Source: an uncultured Candidatus Rokubacteria bacterium (lineage in GTDB: Bacteria > Methylomirabilota > Methylomirabilia > Rokubacteriales > CSP1-6). From it: a stretch of 64,000 nucleotides of DNA. Every line of letters starts with the position of its first letter. The first letter of the stretch is position 1. Both the position numbers and the translations under genes were made by a program. The notes beneath the pieces were generated by a model. That model had not been told where the DNA came from, ran no database searches, and was given only the letters and a program-made list of their open reading frames with translations. The DNA lies in NCBI GenBank assembly GCA_963789955.1, contig CAWBMV010000020.1, positions 32,001 to 96,000 of the forward strand, in the 5' to 3' direction. Below are positions 1 through 9,000 of the stretch, in pieces.

Positions 1-358
1 AGCGGAAGCTGTTGATGCCGACGCGGAAACTTGTCGCGCCGGGGACGACCGGCACGCGGGCCTTGAAGGGCCTGTTGCCGCGAGCGGGCACCGTGCCGAC
101 GAACGGGATTCCTTGCGCCAGCACTTTGCCCGACTGATCGATCGCGGCGACGTTCACGTAGACGTCGATGACATCGACCGAGCCGTCGTTGTAGACGTGG
201 CCCGAAATCTCGGTCGAGGTCGGCCCCGTCTTGTCGACGGTATGCGTCACCCGGAGATTCGACGGAGCTTGCGCCGCCACCGGAGTCGCGGCCGCGACGA
301 CAGTGCATGCGCAGAAGAACAGGCGGCGCCACGCTGCGCGCGTCACGATACGAAACAT
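1..358 (-). CDS. Secreted protein, FxLYD-like beta-sandwich (3' end runs off window)
   Basis: Manual translation MFRIVTRAAWRRLFFCACTVVAAATPVAAQAPSNLRV...ISGHVYNDGSVDVIDVYVNVAAIDQSGKVLAQG; signal peptide; open to window edge. Confidence 0.6.
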   Translation of the reverse strand, partial: MFRIVTRAAWRRLFFCACTVVAAATPVAAQAPSNLRVTHTVDKTGPTSTEISGHVYNDGSVDVIDVYVNVAAIDQSGKVLAQGIPFVGTVPARGNRPFKARVPVVPGATSFRVGINSFR

Positions 359-484
359 CTTACGTGAGAACAGTCCCCTCTGGCGCGGCGAGCGCGCCCG
401 CCGCATGATAGCGCAGGTCGCCCCGCGATCGCCGTGGTACGCTCAGCGGAGAACGGTCCGCGCAGTCCCGCGGGGAGAAGATTC

Positions 485-943
485 ATGGCCAACGAAGAAC
501 CGGAAGTTCTGATGCCGTTAGACGACCGGGCCGCCGGCGAGTTCGTCTCTCAGCCGGCGAAGCTCCTGCGAATCGCCGCGATGATCCGCGAGCTCCTGGA
601 AGAAGTGCGCAAATCTTCGCCGGACGAAGCGGGGCGCAGGCGCCTGCGCTCGATTTACCAGAAGTCGTTGACCTCGCTGAAGGACGGCTTGTCGCCGGAT
701 CTGCAAAAAGAGCTCGAGACGCTCACCTTGCCGCTCGACGGCACCTCGGGCGAATCCGAGATTCGCCTCGCACAGGCCCAGCTGGTCGGCTGGCTCGAAG
801 GATTGTTCCACGGCATTCAGGCCGCGCTGTGGGCGCAACACGCGCAAGCGCGCGCTGGTCTCGAGGAGATGCGCCGCCGTGGTCTGCCGCCAGGCGCACC
901 CGAGGGGCCCGGCGGGGATCATCGGCCCGGGCAGTACCTGTAG
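485..943 (+). CDS. bpa: Bacterial proteasome activator Bpa/PafE
   Basis: PAKLLRIAAMIRELLEEVR, EIRLAQAQLVGWLEGLFHGIQAAL and C-terminal GQYL docking motif. Confidence 0.92.
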   Translation: MANEEPEVLMPLDDRAAGEFVSQPAKLLRIAAMIRELLEEVRKSSPDEAGRRRLRSIYQKSLTSLKDGLSPDLQKELETLTLPLDGTSGESEIRLAQAQLVGWLEGLFHGIQAALWAQHAQARAGLEEMRRRGLPPGAPEGPGGDHRPGQYL

Positions 944-949
944 TTCGTC

Positions 950-1165
950 CACAGTAGGCCCGTGCCCCCTGTTTTCAGCACTGACGCGAGAGTCCACTCT
1001 TCCTTCGGCAGGCCCCCGCCCTGGCCCTGGAACGCGACCGTCGTCATGCCGCTGCGGTTGGGGATACGGGAGTCGCCGTAACCGAAGTCATCGGAAAGGA
1101 TGAGGATGATGTTCGGCTTCTGTTGTGCCTGCGCAGGCGACCGGCCCACCAGCATGCCGGCGAGC
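950..1165 (-). pseudogene. Arylsulfatase remnant with internal deletion
   Basis: KPNIILILSDDFGYGD joined directly to IPNRSGMTTVAFQGQGGGLP..EWTLASVLK; the CxxxR catalytic segment is missing. Confidence 0.7.
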
Positions 1166-1382
1166 ACGGAACAGCTACCCTCGGAAAAGACCCCGGAACG
1201 ATTCCGAGACTCCGCTGACTGGCTGTTCTAGCGGGGTTGACGAGTCGTGGATCAATACGACCTTTGTCTCAGCCATACACCCTCGTCCACTCTGACGGGC
1301 AGCATTAGATAGGAAGGGTTCCGATCAATAGGGATTACCCTAGAGCTAGTGTCGATGGCCTACCCGGTCCGGTGAGTTAGTA

Positions 1383-1550
1383 GTGCGCGTGCGTGCCTGG
1401 CTTTGTGTGATCGCGGGCATCTTGCTCGTCGTCGCCGCGTTTTTCATCACGGCGAAAGCGCCCACCTTCAACCCGTGGCCAAGCCTCGTCGTAGGCTTCG
1501 GTCTGACAGCCCTCGGGATCGTCTTTCGTGCGATCCGAAAGGAATCATAA
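1383..1550 (+). CDS. Small two-helix membrane protein
   Basis: GTG-start 55-aa ORF with two hydrophobic stretches (WLCVIAGILLVVAAFFIT; LVVGFGLTALGIVF). Confidence 0.45.
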   Translation: MRVRAWLCVIAGILLVVAAFFITAKAPTFNPWPSLVVGFGLTALGIVFRAIRKES

Positions 1551-1556
1551 AGCTCA

Positions 1557-1808
1557 ATGGCTACGCCTAATCCTGGGAAGAGAAAGCGCGAATCGCAAGC
1601 GGCGGCCGACACCAAGCTCCCGACGGAGCTTCAGATCGGCGATCGCCTCGCCGACGCGACCGGTGAGTGGGAGGTCATCGCTGCGCCCTACAGCACAGCG
1701 GGCGGGAGGATCATCCACGCGCGCGTCCAGAAAATTGGAGAGCCCGACAGTTGGGAGATTCGCAGCTGGGACGCGATGAAACGCGTGGGCGTGAAACTGT
1801 CCGGCTGA
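1557..1808 (+). CDS. Backbone family V small beta protein
   Basis: ELQIGDRLADATGEWEVIAAPYSTAGG; paralogous to 23166-23350 and fragment 17245-17278. Confidence 0.65.
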   Translation: MATPNPGKRKRESQAAADTKLPTELQIGDRLADATGEWEVIAAPYSTAGGRIIHARVQKIGEPDSWEIRSWDAMKRVGVKLSG

Positions 1809-1890
1809 TACGCGAGTGCTGCCGATCCTCCCGTGAGAGGATGAACCGATCGTCCCCTGGCAGGTAGGGTCGCGAAACTCCTGATGAAAG

Positions 1891-1935
1891 TGGTGAGCCG
1901 TGTGGGACTCGAACCCACGACCCCCTGATTAAAAG
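1891..1935 (-). repeat. att core copy 1 (3' 45 bp of tRNA-Lys)
   Basis: TGGTGAGCCGTGTGGGACTCGAACCCACGACCCCCTGATTAAAAG identical to 16154-16198 and 34843-34887. Confidence 0.97.
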
Positions 1936-2122
1936 ACGAGGGTCGGCGATGAGCCGGCCCTTAGTCTTTCTGCACCGTTCCGCACAACCGCGCGTTGCGA
2001 CTCGAATTCTCTTCCCTCGCCTCAGGGACTGAGCAGGACTCTCGGCGCACTCAAAGACTGAAATCGGCGTGTTTCGCGGGTGCGTTCAGCGCAAATCAGC
2101 GCAAGCCCGGAAACGCTGAGCC
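1936..2122. repeat. Conserved att-proximal arm with paired TCAGCGCAA repeats (2086-2094, 2096-2104)
   Basis: Clearly homologous to 16199-16385; same 9-mer pair at 16349-16367 and 34776-34796. Confidence 0.85.
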
Positions 2123-2132
2123 TCGTAGTCAG

Positions 2133-2280
2133 TCGAACCAGCCCGCGCACCGATCTGACTCCATGAGCGCGGCCTTTACCCGCGGCGAAGCCTCAGCGGT
2201 CCATCGCGTGTGCAGCATCACGCGCAGGATGCGGTTGATGCGGAGCCGGGGATGCCAGAGCCGGGCGTCGGCGTCGGTCG
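2133..2280 (-). repeat. Backbone module Z (DTDARLWHPxLRINRxLRVMLHTRW...)
   Basis: Other copies at 4562-4721(-), 15012-15093(+), 15605-15720(+), 16396-16560(-), 30149-30310(+). Confidence 0.85.
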
Positions 2281-2304
2281 CGGTTTCTTCTGCCCGCACG
2301 GCCG

Positions 2305-3168
2305 TTATCCGCTCTTCAGCTCTCGCAGAAGCGCGCGGTGGTTCTCGCTGCACGCGATGGCCTTGGGGTGGCTCGGCCCCAGCGCCGTCTCGAAGATCGC
2401 CAAGGCGCGCCGGTACAGCGGATCGGCCTCAGCGTATCGAGCCTGTGACTTGTAGAGGACGGCCAGGTTGTTCAGGGTCATAGCGATGTCGGGGTGCTCT
2501 GAGCCGAGAAGTTTCTCTTTAATGGCGAGGGCCCGTTGATAAAGCCGCTCGGCCTCCGCGGCTTCGCCCTTCGCTTGGTGGAGCGCGCCGAGATTGTTCA
2601 GGTTGACGGCGACTTCATAGTGGTGCGGCCCGTAGATGCGCTCGAAGACGGTCAAGGCACGCCGGAAGAGCGCTTCAGCCTCCTCGCGCTTGCCCTGACC
2701 GTCCAGAATCGCGGCAAGGGCCGCAGCGTCGGCGGCCACATCCGAATGATCCGGCCCGAGCACTCGCTCGCGGATCTCGAGCCCGCGTCGAGCGAAGGGC
2801 TCGCCCCGGGAATACTGGCCACGGGCGTGCTCGAGCCCGCCGAGGTTGTGGTAAAGCGCGGCGACCTCGACGGATGCCTCGTCACGCGCAGCGAGAAGGA
2901 TCGCGAGCGCGCGATGGTACACGCTCTCAGCCTCGTCGAAGCGCGCCTGATACTTGTGCAGGACCCCGAGGTTGTTCAGGAGCGTGGCGACCTCCGCGTT
3001 GCTCGGGCCGAGCGCGCGTTCGGCGATCCCCAGCGCCTGCCGAAATAACTGCTCGGCCCTCGCGTAGTATCCCTGTTCTCTCGCCGACTCAGCTAGACGG
3101 CCCAGGGCGCGCGCGCGGAGCCGCGCCACCACCCGGCCAGGGTGGAGGGAAGCTATCCAGATCATCAT
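2305..3168 (-). CDS. Stand-alone tetratricopeptide repeat protein (about six 42-aa kinesin-light-chain-type repeats)
   Basis: Repeats of AExLYxRALxIxExxLGxxHPxxAxxLNNLxxL; no HTH, catalytic domain or clear signal peptide. Confidence 0.9.
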   Translation of the reverse strand: MMIWIASLHPGRVVARLRARALGRLAESAREQGYYARAEQLFRQALGIAERALGPSNAEVATLLNNLGVLHKYQARFDEAESVYHRALAILLAARDEASVEVAALYHNLGGLEHARGQYSRGEPFARRGLEIRERVLGPDHSDVAADAAALAAILDGQGKREEAEALFRRALTVFERIYGPHHYEVAVNLNNLGALHQAKGEAAEAERLYQRALAIKEKLLGSEHPDIAMTLNNLAVLYKSQARYAEADPLYRRALAIFETALGPSHPKAIACSENHRALLRELKSG

Positions 3169-3209
3169 CGCTTCCTGCTCACCCCGTCTCCGCCGAACTG
3201 CGCCTTCTC

Positions 3210-3332
3210 CTACTGAGGGTCCCGGACCAGCGTCTCGTTGTGGTTGGTCGGAATGCTCGCCTCGCTGGCCATCGGGTACAGGGCGGCCATCGCCGCCGCC
3301 ATGCTGTAGAGGGCAAGGATAATCCGCTTCAT
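3210..3332 (-). CDS. Secreted HNET-motif peptide 3 (40 aa) MKRIILALYSMAAAMAALYPMASEASIPTNHNETLVRDPQ
   Basis: Manual translation; RBS AAGGAG; signal peptide ending SEA; paralogous to two upstream peptides. Confidence 0.85.
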   Translation of the reverse strand: MKRIILALYSMAAAMAALYPMASEASIPTNHNETLVRDPQ

Positions 3333-3358
3333 GGTCTTCTCCTTCTTGCGCGATGCCG

Positions 3359-3481
3359 TTACCGCCGGTCCCGGACCAGCGTCTCGTTGTGTTGCATGTT
3401 CATCCCCGCCTCGGCAACCACCGGGACTAGGGCCACAGCCACTGTCGCGAGCCAGAACAGCGTTCCCATGAGCTTCTTCAT
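3359..3481 (-). CDS. Secreted HNET-motif peptide 2 (40 aa) MKKLMGTLFWLATVAVALVPVVAEAGMNMQHNETLVRDRR
   Basis: RBS GGAGAGG; signal peptide ending AEA; same length and motif as paralogs. Confidence 0.85.
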   Translation of the reverse strand: MKKLMGTLFWLATVAVALVPVVAEAGMNMQHNETLVRDRR

Positions 3482-3528
3482 CGCCGTCGCCTCTCCGAAC
3501 TGATTCGGCCGATCCACCGTGCCTGGTT

Positions 3529-3651
3529 CTACCGGCCGTCGCAAACGCTCGTCTCGTTGTGGTTCGCCACGAGTTTCGCCTCGGCGATCATCGGGAACGC
3601 GGCCGCAGCCACCGTCGCCAGCCAGAACAGGGTGCCCGTGATCTGCCTCAT
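3529..3651 (-). CDS. Secreted HNET-motif peptide 1 (40 aa) MRQITGTLFWLATVAAAAFPMIAEAKLVANHNETSVCDGR
   Basis: RBS GGGAGGT; signal peptide ending AEA; same length and motif as paralogs. Confidence 0.85.
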   Translation of the reverse strand: MRQITGTLFWLATVAAAAFPMIAEAKLVANHNETSVCDGR

Positions 3652-3682
3652 CGCCGTCACCTCCCTTCGGGCGAACAGCGTC

Positions 3683-3699
3683 TGCGCATGACGTGCCAA
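3683..3699 (-). promoter_or_regulatory. Sigma54-like -24/-12 promoter of the peptide-TPR operon
   Basis: TTGGCACGTCATGCGCA: GG-N10-GC spacing with a perfect TGGCACG half, ~31 nt before peptide 1 ATG; the TT before GC is absent. Confidence 0.5.
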
Positions 3700-3929
3700 T
3701 CTTCTGGGGAGCAGAGGCGACAAGGTTTTCGCTGAATTGCATCGGCGCCGGGGCGTTGTGCCGGACGCCGACCGGGTATCTCGCCCGACGCTCGGCGGGC
3801 CGTGCGCCCTAGCGAAGGCGGAGCCGGCCGCGACCGTTCGACGCAATTACAACCAACGCGGGCTCACGCCCCGCGCTGATCCGCCGTTGCCAGCGGTCCT
3901 CCTCGACGGTCCAGCGCCCCTCTGCTTCA

Positions 3930-4225
3930 CCTTCCGCCACCGTTGCGTCGCGCACCGCGGCGTGCGCTCCCCACGCGGTGCCGGTCGCGCTCGTTGGTGA
4001 GTGTTCCATCCCGGTCGTGTAGAAGGTCGCGCGCCAGCCGCGCTCGTCGTACTGAGTCAACTGGAGATCGTAGCCCTGGCGGTGCATCCCAACGGCGACG
4101 TGCCCGATCCCGGACCACGAGTCGAGCCAGGAGCGCAGCGCGTGGAGTGCGCGGTCGTACGAGGGCAGCGAGCAGGTAGCGAATCCGAGGGCTGCCCGGA
4201 GGAGTCGGCCGCGTTGGTCGAGCAC
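3930..4225 (-). pseudogene. Backbone family X, C-terminus disrupted
   Basis: LDQRGRLLRAALGFA..SYDRALHALRSWLDSWSGIGHVAVGMHRQGYDLQLTQYDERGWRATFYTTGMEHSPTSATG. Confidence 0.85.
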
Positions 4226-4228
4226 GCG

Positions 4229-4421
4229 CTATTCGATGACCTCATCCGCCCGCAGCAGGAGCGACTGCGGAATCGTGGGCTTCGACGCGCGGGTCGGCCG
4301 AAGAAGGCGAACCGGCTCCCAGGAACCCGATGCGCCAGACTCGGGGCGTTTCCTGCGCCTCGACGGCGAGCGGCGCAAGCGCGAGGTAGAGCGCGAGAAT
4401 GACGAGCCCGATCAGCCGCAT
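4229..4421 (-). pseudogene. ABC substrate-binding protein with almost the whole interior deleted
   Basis: MRLIGLVILAL..RVWRIGFLG N-terminus joined to TIPQSLLLRADEVIE C-terminus. Confidence 0.85.
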
Positions 4422-4832
4422 GGACACCTCGGTTGGGATGGCTGGCGGGGAGTTTAGCCGAACGCTGCGAAGTGCACCAGCGCGGCGCCCCGCACGAGCA
4501 CCTCATCCAGATGCGGTCGCCCTCGACGCCGCCGTCCAGATCCCCGCGCCCGAGGTGCTCAATTGAACCATACCCCGCGCGCTGGACCTCGCTCCGCAGC
4601 GCGAGCGCCCGCCGGAACCCGACCCTGACCACGGACCACGCCTCCGCGCCCCATCGCGTGTGGAGCATCACGCGCTAGACGCGGTTGATGCGGAGCCAAG
4701 GGTGCCAGAGGCGGGCGTCGGGCGGCTCCTACTCGGGCTGCGCCCTTACCGATCACATATTTCGATAAGAGCGTAGACTAGTAATCGCCTTCCATCAGGC
4801 TCCAGGTTGGCGCGGCCTCGGCGTCACGCCTT

Positions 4833-5135
4833 GTGGCATCTGGCTTTGGTACCCTGCCGGACCTTGGAGACCTGACAATCCTGCGCGCAAAAGCCCGTGA
4901 AGCGATCCGTACTGGGAAACTACCATCCCGGCGACCTGACCGTACCTGGGGCGGGCCGGGTGTCGGTGCCGCCTGCGCGGTCTGCGGCGAGCCCATCAAG
5001 CGGGATCAACTGGAGTTGGAGACCCAGTTCGCCCACGACGGCGGCAACCCCGGACTGGACAAGTTCCATATCCACGTCCGCTGCTTCGCTGTGTGGGAGC
5101 TTGAACGCCGACAGGGCGGTCCCGCTCACAGTTAA
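4833..5135 (+). CDS. Small CxxC...HxxC putative zinc-binding protein (family U)
   Basis: IRTGKLP..GGPGVGAACAVC..FHIHVRCFAVWELER. Confidence 0.7.
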   Translation: MASGFGTLPDLGDLTILRAKAREAIRTGKLPSRRPDRTWGGPGVGAACAVCGEPIKRDQLELETQFAHDGGNPGLDKFHIHVRCFAVWELERRQGGPAHS

Positions 5136-5138
5136 CTC

Positions 5139-5380
5139 TTGGACCAGGAATCTCTCCGTCTTCTCATCCGGCGCAAGCTCCAGAACGGGCACCTGCCGAA
5201 CGACGGCATCCAAAAGTTTGGAGTAGTCGAAGCAACGGCGAAACGTGCGACGGTTGCGACGCGATCCTCCCGAAGGAACAGATGCTGATGGAAGGGGTGA
5301 CGATGGACCTTGGTAGAAAGCCCCTGCAGTTTCACGTCCGATGTTTCCAGGTCTGGGACCACGAACGGCGCGCCGCCTAA
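5139..5380 (+). CDS. Family U zinc-binding protein (one frameshift near 5212)
   Basis: LDQESLRLLIRRKLQNGHLP / VWSSRSNGETCDGC..FHVRCFQVWDHERRAA*; stop overlaps next ATG (TAATG). Confidence 0.65.
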
Positions 5381-5625
5381 TGGACGCGGAAGCCATCCGC
5401 GATCTCATCCGAACGAAGCTCCAAGCAGGTCGCTTGCCGCGCGACAGTACCCCGAGAGCGTTTGGGCGTCCGGGGAACTGGCAGAAGTGCGCCGCCTGCG
5501 AGGAGACTATGGCGAAGGCGCTGCGCATGATGGAGGTCTACCCGCTGACGAACGACAAGGTAGTTCGCTTTCACGCCGACTGCTACCAACTCTGGAACGA
5601 GGAGCGGCGCGCGCTGAAGTCGTAG
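5380..5625 (+). CDS. Family U zinc-binding protein
   Basis: IRTKLQAGRLP..GRPGNWQKCAAC..FHADCYQLWNEER. Confidence 0.72.
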   Translation: MDAEAIRDLIRTKLQAGRLPRDSTPRAFGRPGNWQKCAACEETMAKALRMMEVYPLTNDKVVRFHADCYQLWNEERRALKS

Positions 5626-5651
5626 CCCCACCGCGCTCACTCCGGTTTACT

Positions 5652-5770
5652 GACCGCCCCCCACGCGGCCCGCTGCGCCGCGCGCCAGGCGTGCGCCCCC
5701 CCACCCGGTGCCGATCGCGCTCGTGGGAGAGTGTTCCATCCCGGTCGTGTAGAACGTCGCGCGCCAGCCC
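5652..5770 (-). pseudogene. Family X C-terminal fragment
   Basis: GWRATFYTTGMEHSPTSAIGTGW. Confidence 0.8.
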
Positions 5771-6072
5771 TTTCCGCTCGGCTCCTCCCGGCGCAGCGTC
5801 GGATCGAGGAGACCCCGGAGCCAGCCTCCGCCATAAACGGCCATTCTCGGGAAGTCCGGCCCATCCCTCATGGCGTTACCACACACGCACAAGCTGGCTC
5901 TGCGCCGCCCATAGGTACGATCTGCCGTGGCATTCCACTTCGTTGCCCCGCGCGAGGCCAAACTACCTTAAGGGGTGACGTGCACGTGAAAACTTTTTCG
6001 TACTTGATCAGAATCCTTACCTGACTGAGACTGCTGGCCGCGCCCGCCAGGAACCCGCGGTGGGGGCCACGA

Positions 6073-9000
6073 ATGAAATTGCGATTTCATCTGCTCTGCT
6101 CTGTGATCTTGGTCGTGCTGTCACTCTCCCTTGTTGCCGGCGGCGACTCCGCCGAGCCCCTCCCGATCGTGCCGGCGTCGCTGATCCAGAAGGCGCTGGC
6201 GCAAGGGCAGATCCCCGTGATCGTGCGGCTGAGTATCGCCTGGACCCCGGAGCTGTCGCTGCCCAGTGCGGCGCACGTGGCGAATCAGCGCCAGGCGATT
6301 CAGACGCTTGCTGGCGCAGTAAAAGCCGCGCTCCGCGGGTTCAATCATCGCGTCAAACGCGAGTACGACGGACTGCCATTTCTAGCCCTCGTCATCGACG
6401 CGCAAGCGCTGCAGGCGCTCAACACTCTGCCGGGCATCGTGAGCGAGATGGTCGAGGACGAGCTCAGCAGGCCGCAGCTCGCGGAGAGCGTGCCGATCGC
6501 TTACCAGTCCGGCCCGGCATGGCCCGGCGAACTAGACGGAACCGGGACGGTGGTCGCGGTTCTCGACACCGGGGTGGACAAGACGCATGCCTTCCTCAGC
6601 GGCAAGGTCATCGCCGAGGCATGCTTTTCGACAACAGGGTCGGGCGCCACGAGTCTCTGTCCAGGGGGCGTGGATTCCACGGCTCCGGGCTCCGGCGTGA
6701 ACTGCACGGGCGCGGAAGACTGTGAGCACGGCACTCATGTGGCCGGCATCGTCGCCGGAGGCTCCACGGGGGTGTCAGGGGCGGGAGTGGCACCGGGATC
6801 GAAGCTCTGGGCGATCCAGGTCTTCTCGCGCATCGACGACCCCGTGCTCTGCGGCGGCTTCAATCCGTGCGTAGGCTCGTTCACTTCGGATCAAATCGCT
6901 GCCCTCAATTACGTCTTCAGGAATCGCGTCATGGCTGCGCTTGGCGGGCGCGCCGTCGCCGCGGTCAACATGAGCCTGGGCGCAGGCGCATTCTTGTCCA
7001 GTTGCGACGGCAATACCCGCAAACCTGCGATCGACAATCTGCGAGCGGCCGGAACTGCCACGGTCATCGCCTCGGGCAATGATGGCTCCATCAACGCAAT
7101 CTCTTCCCCGGCGTGCATCTCGACCTCGATCGCCGTCGGATCGACCGACGACGGTTCCCTGAGCACGACCCAGGACGTCGTTTCGTTCTTCTCGAACATA
7201 GGTCCGTTTGCCAACCTACTCCTCGCGCCAGGACAGTGGATTCTCTCGTCGGTGCCCGGCGGGTTCGTGAACCTCCGGGGCACGTCCATGGCCGCGCCTC
7301 ATGTGGCCGGCGCATTCGCTGTGTTGCGCCAGCACGCGCCCGATGTCAGCGTCACCACGCTGTTCGAGGCACTTCGCGACACAGGTCTCCCGATCGTCGA
7401 CACGCGCTCCGGCGGGCTCGAGACCAAGCCGCGAATCAGGATCGGCGAGGCGCTGTCGATGCTCGGCGAGGTCCGGTTCGGGACAGCCACCTTCAGCGTC
7501 GCGGAGGTCGATGGGACGGCCACCATCACGGTCGTCCGGACCGGGTCGACGGCCGGCCCGGCGACGGTGAACTTCGCGACCAGCAACGGAACAGCGATCG
7601 CGGGCACACATTACACGGCGACGAGCGGCACGCTGACATTCAATCCGGGTGAGAGCAGCAAGAGGTTCACCGTCGGCCTCGTCGACAACACTGTCGTCAA
7701 CGCCGATCGTACGGTGAAGCTGAAGCTCACGAGTCCGACGGGAGCAATGCTGGGCAATCCCTTCACCGCGGTACTGACGATCGTCAATGACGACAACGGC
7801 GGCGCCATCGCGTTCGCCGGCCCGAGTTTCTCCGTCGACGAGAACGCAGGGGTGGCGACGATCACGGTCGTCCGCAGCGGTACGAATCTGGCGAGCGGCG
7901 TCACGGTGCCGTTCAAAACGGCAAACGGCAGCGCGGTCGCGCCGGCGGACTATACCGCAACGGCGGGCACGTTGACCTTCGGGGCCGGCGAAACGAGCAA
8001 GACCTTCACCGTCCCCATCGTTAACGACACCCTCCTCGAGGGGAACAAGACGTTCCAGGTCTTGCTCGGCACGCCCGGGGGCGGCGGCGTCCTCGGCTCC
8101 CCCTCGACGGCGTCCGTGACGATCGTCGAGGACGATACGGCGGGCACCGTACAATTTTCGGCCCCGACCTTCACCGTCAACGAGGGTGCCGCCAGCGCGA
8201 TCATCACGGTCACGCGAACCGGGACGAACCTCACGGGCGGGGTGCGCGTCCGGTACGCCGCCACGAGCGGCACCGCGACGGCTGGCTCGGACTTCGGCGC
8301 CGTGTCGAACACGCTCACGTTCGGCGCCGGCGTGACGAGCATGACATTCGCCGTCCCGATAATCAACGACACGACGATGGAATCTCCCGAAACCGTGAAT
8401 CTCGCACTCACCGTGCCCGCCGGCAGTGCAGCGACGCTCGGCAGTCCGAGTACGGCCTTGCTGACCATTCAGGACAACGACGTCCTGGTCATCCAGTTCG
8501 CGGTCGCCGCGCAGAGCGTGACCGAAGGGGCCACGGCGAGTGTGGTGGTGACTCGAGCGAATAGCCTGAGCCTCGCCGTCAGTGCCGACTACCAGGTAAC
8601 GGGCGGAACCGCGACCGGCGGCGGCGTCGACTACACGCTGGCGAGCGGCACGGTGACCTTCGGCGCCGGGGTGACATCGGCGACGATCAAGATCCCGACT
8701 ATCAACGACACCCTGGCCGAGGGCCCCGAAACTATCGTACTGGGTCTCCAGAACCCGACGGGCGCCGCGACGCTGGGCGCTCGCACCCAGACGACCATCA
8801 CTATCACCGACAATGACAGCGGCGGGGTCATCCAGTTCGGCCTCGCCGCCTACAGCGTCGCCGAAAACATCTCCAGCGGCGGCTTCAACCTCACCGTCAC
8901 CCGCACCGGTACCAACCTGGCCTCCAATGTCTCCGTCGACTACGCCGTCACCGGCGGCTCCGCCACCAATGGCGTCGACTACACCCTGGCCAACGGCACG

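Noticed and set aside
3210..3651. CRISPR-like array from the repeated CGTCTCGTTGTG
   Set aside because: The repeats are the HNET codons of three in-frame peptide genes; the ~150-170 bp period is too long and no cas genes are present
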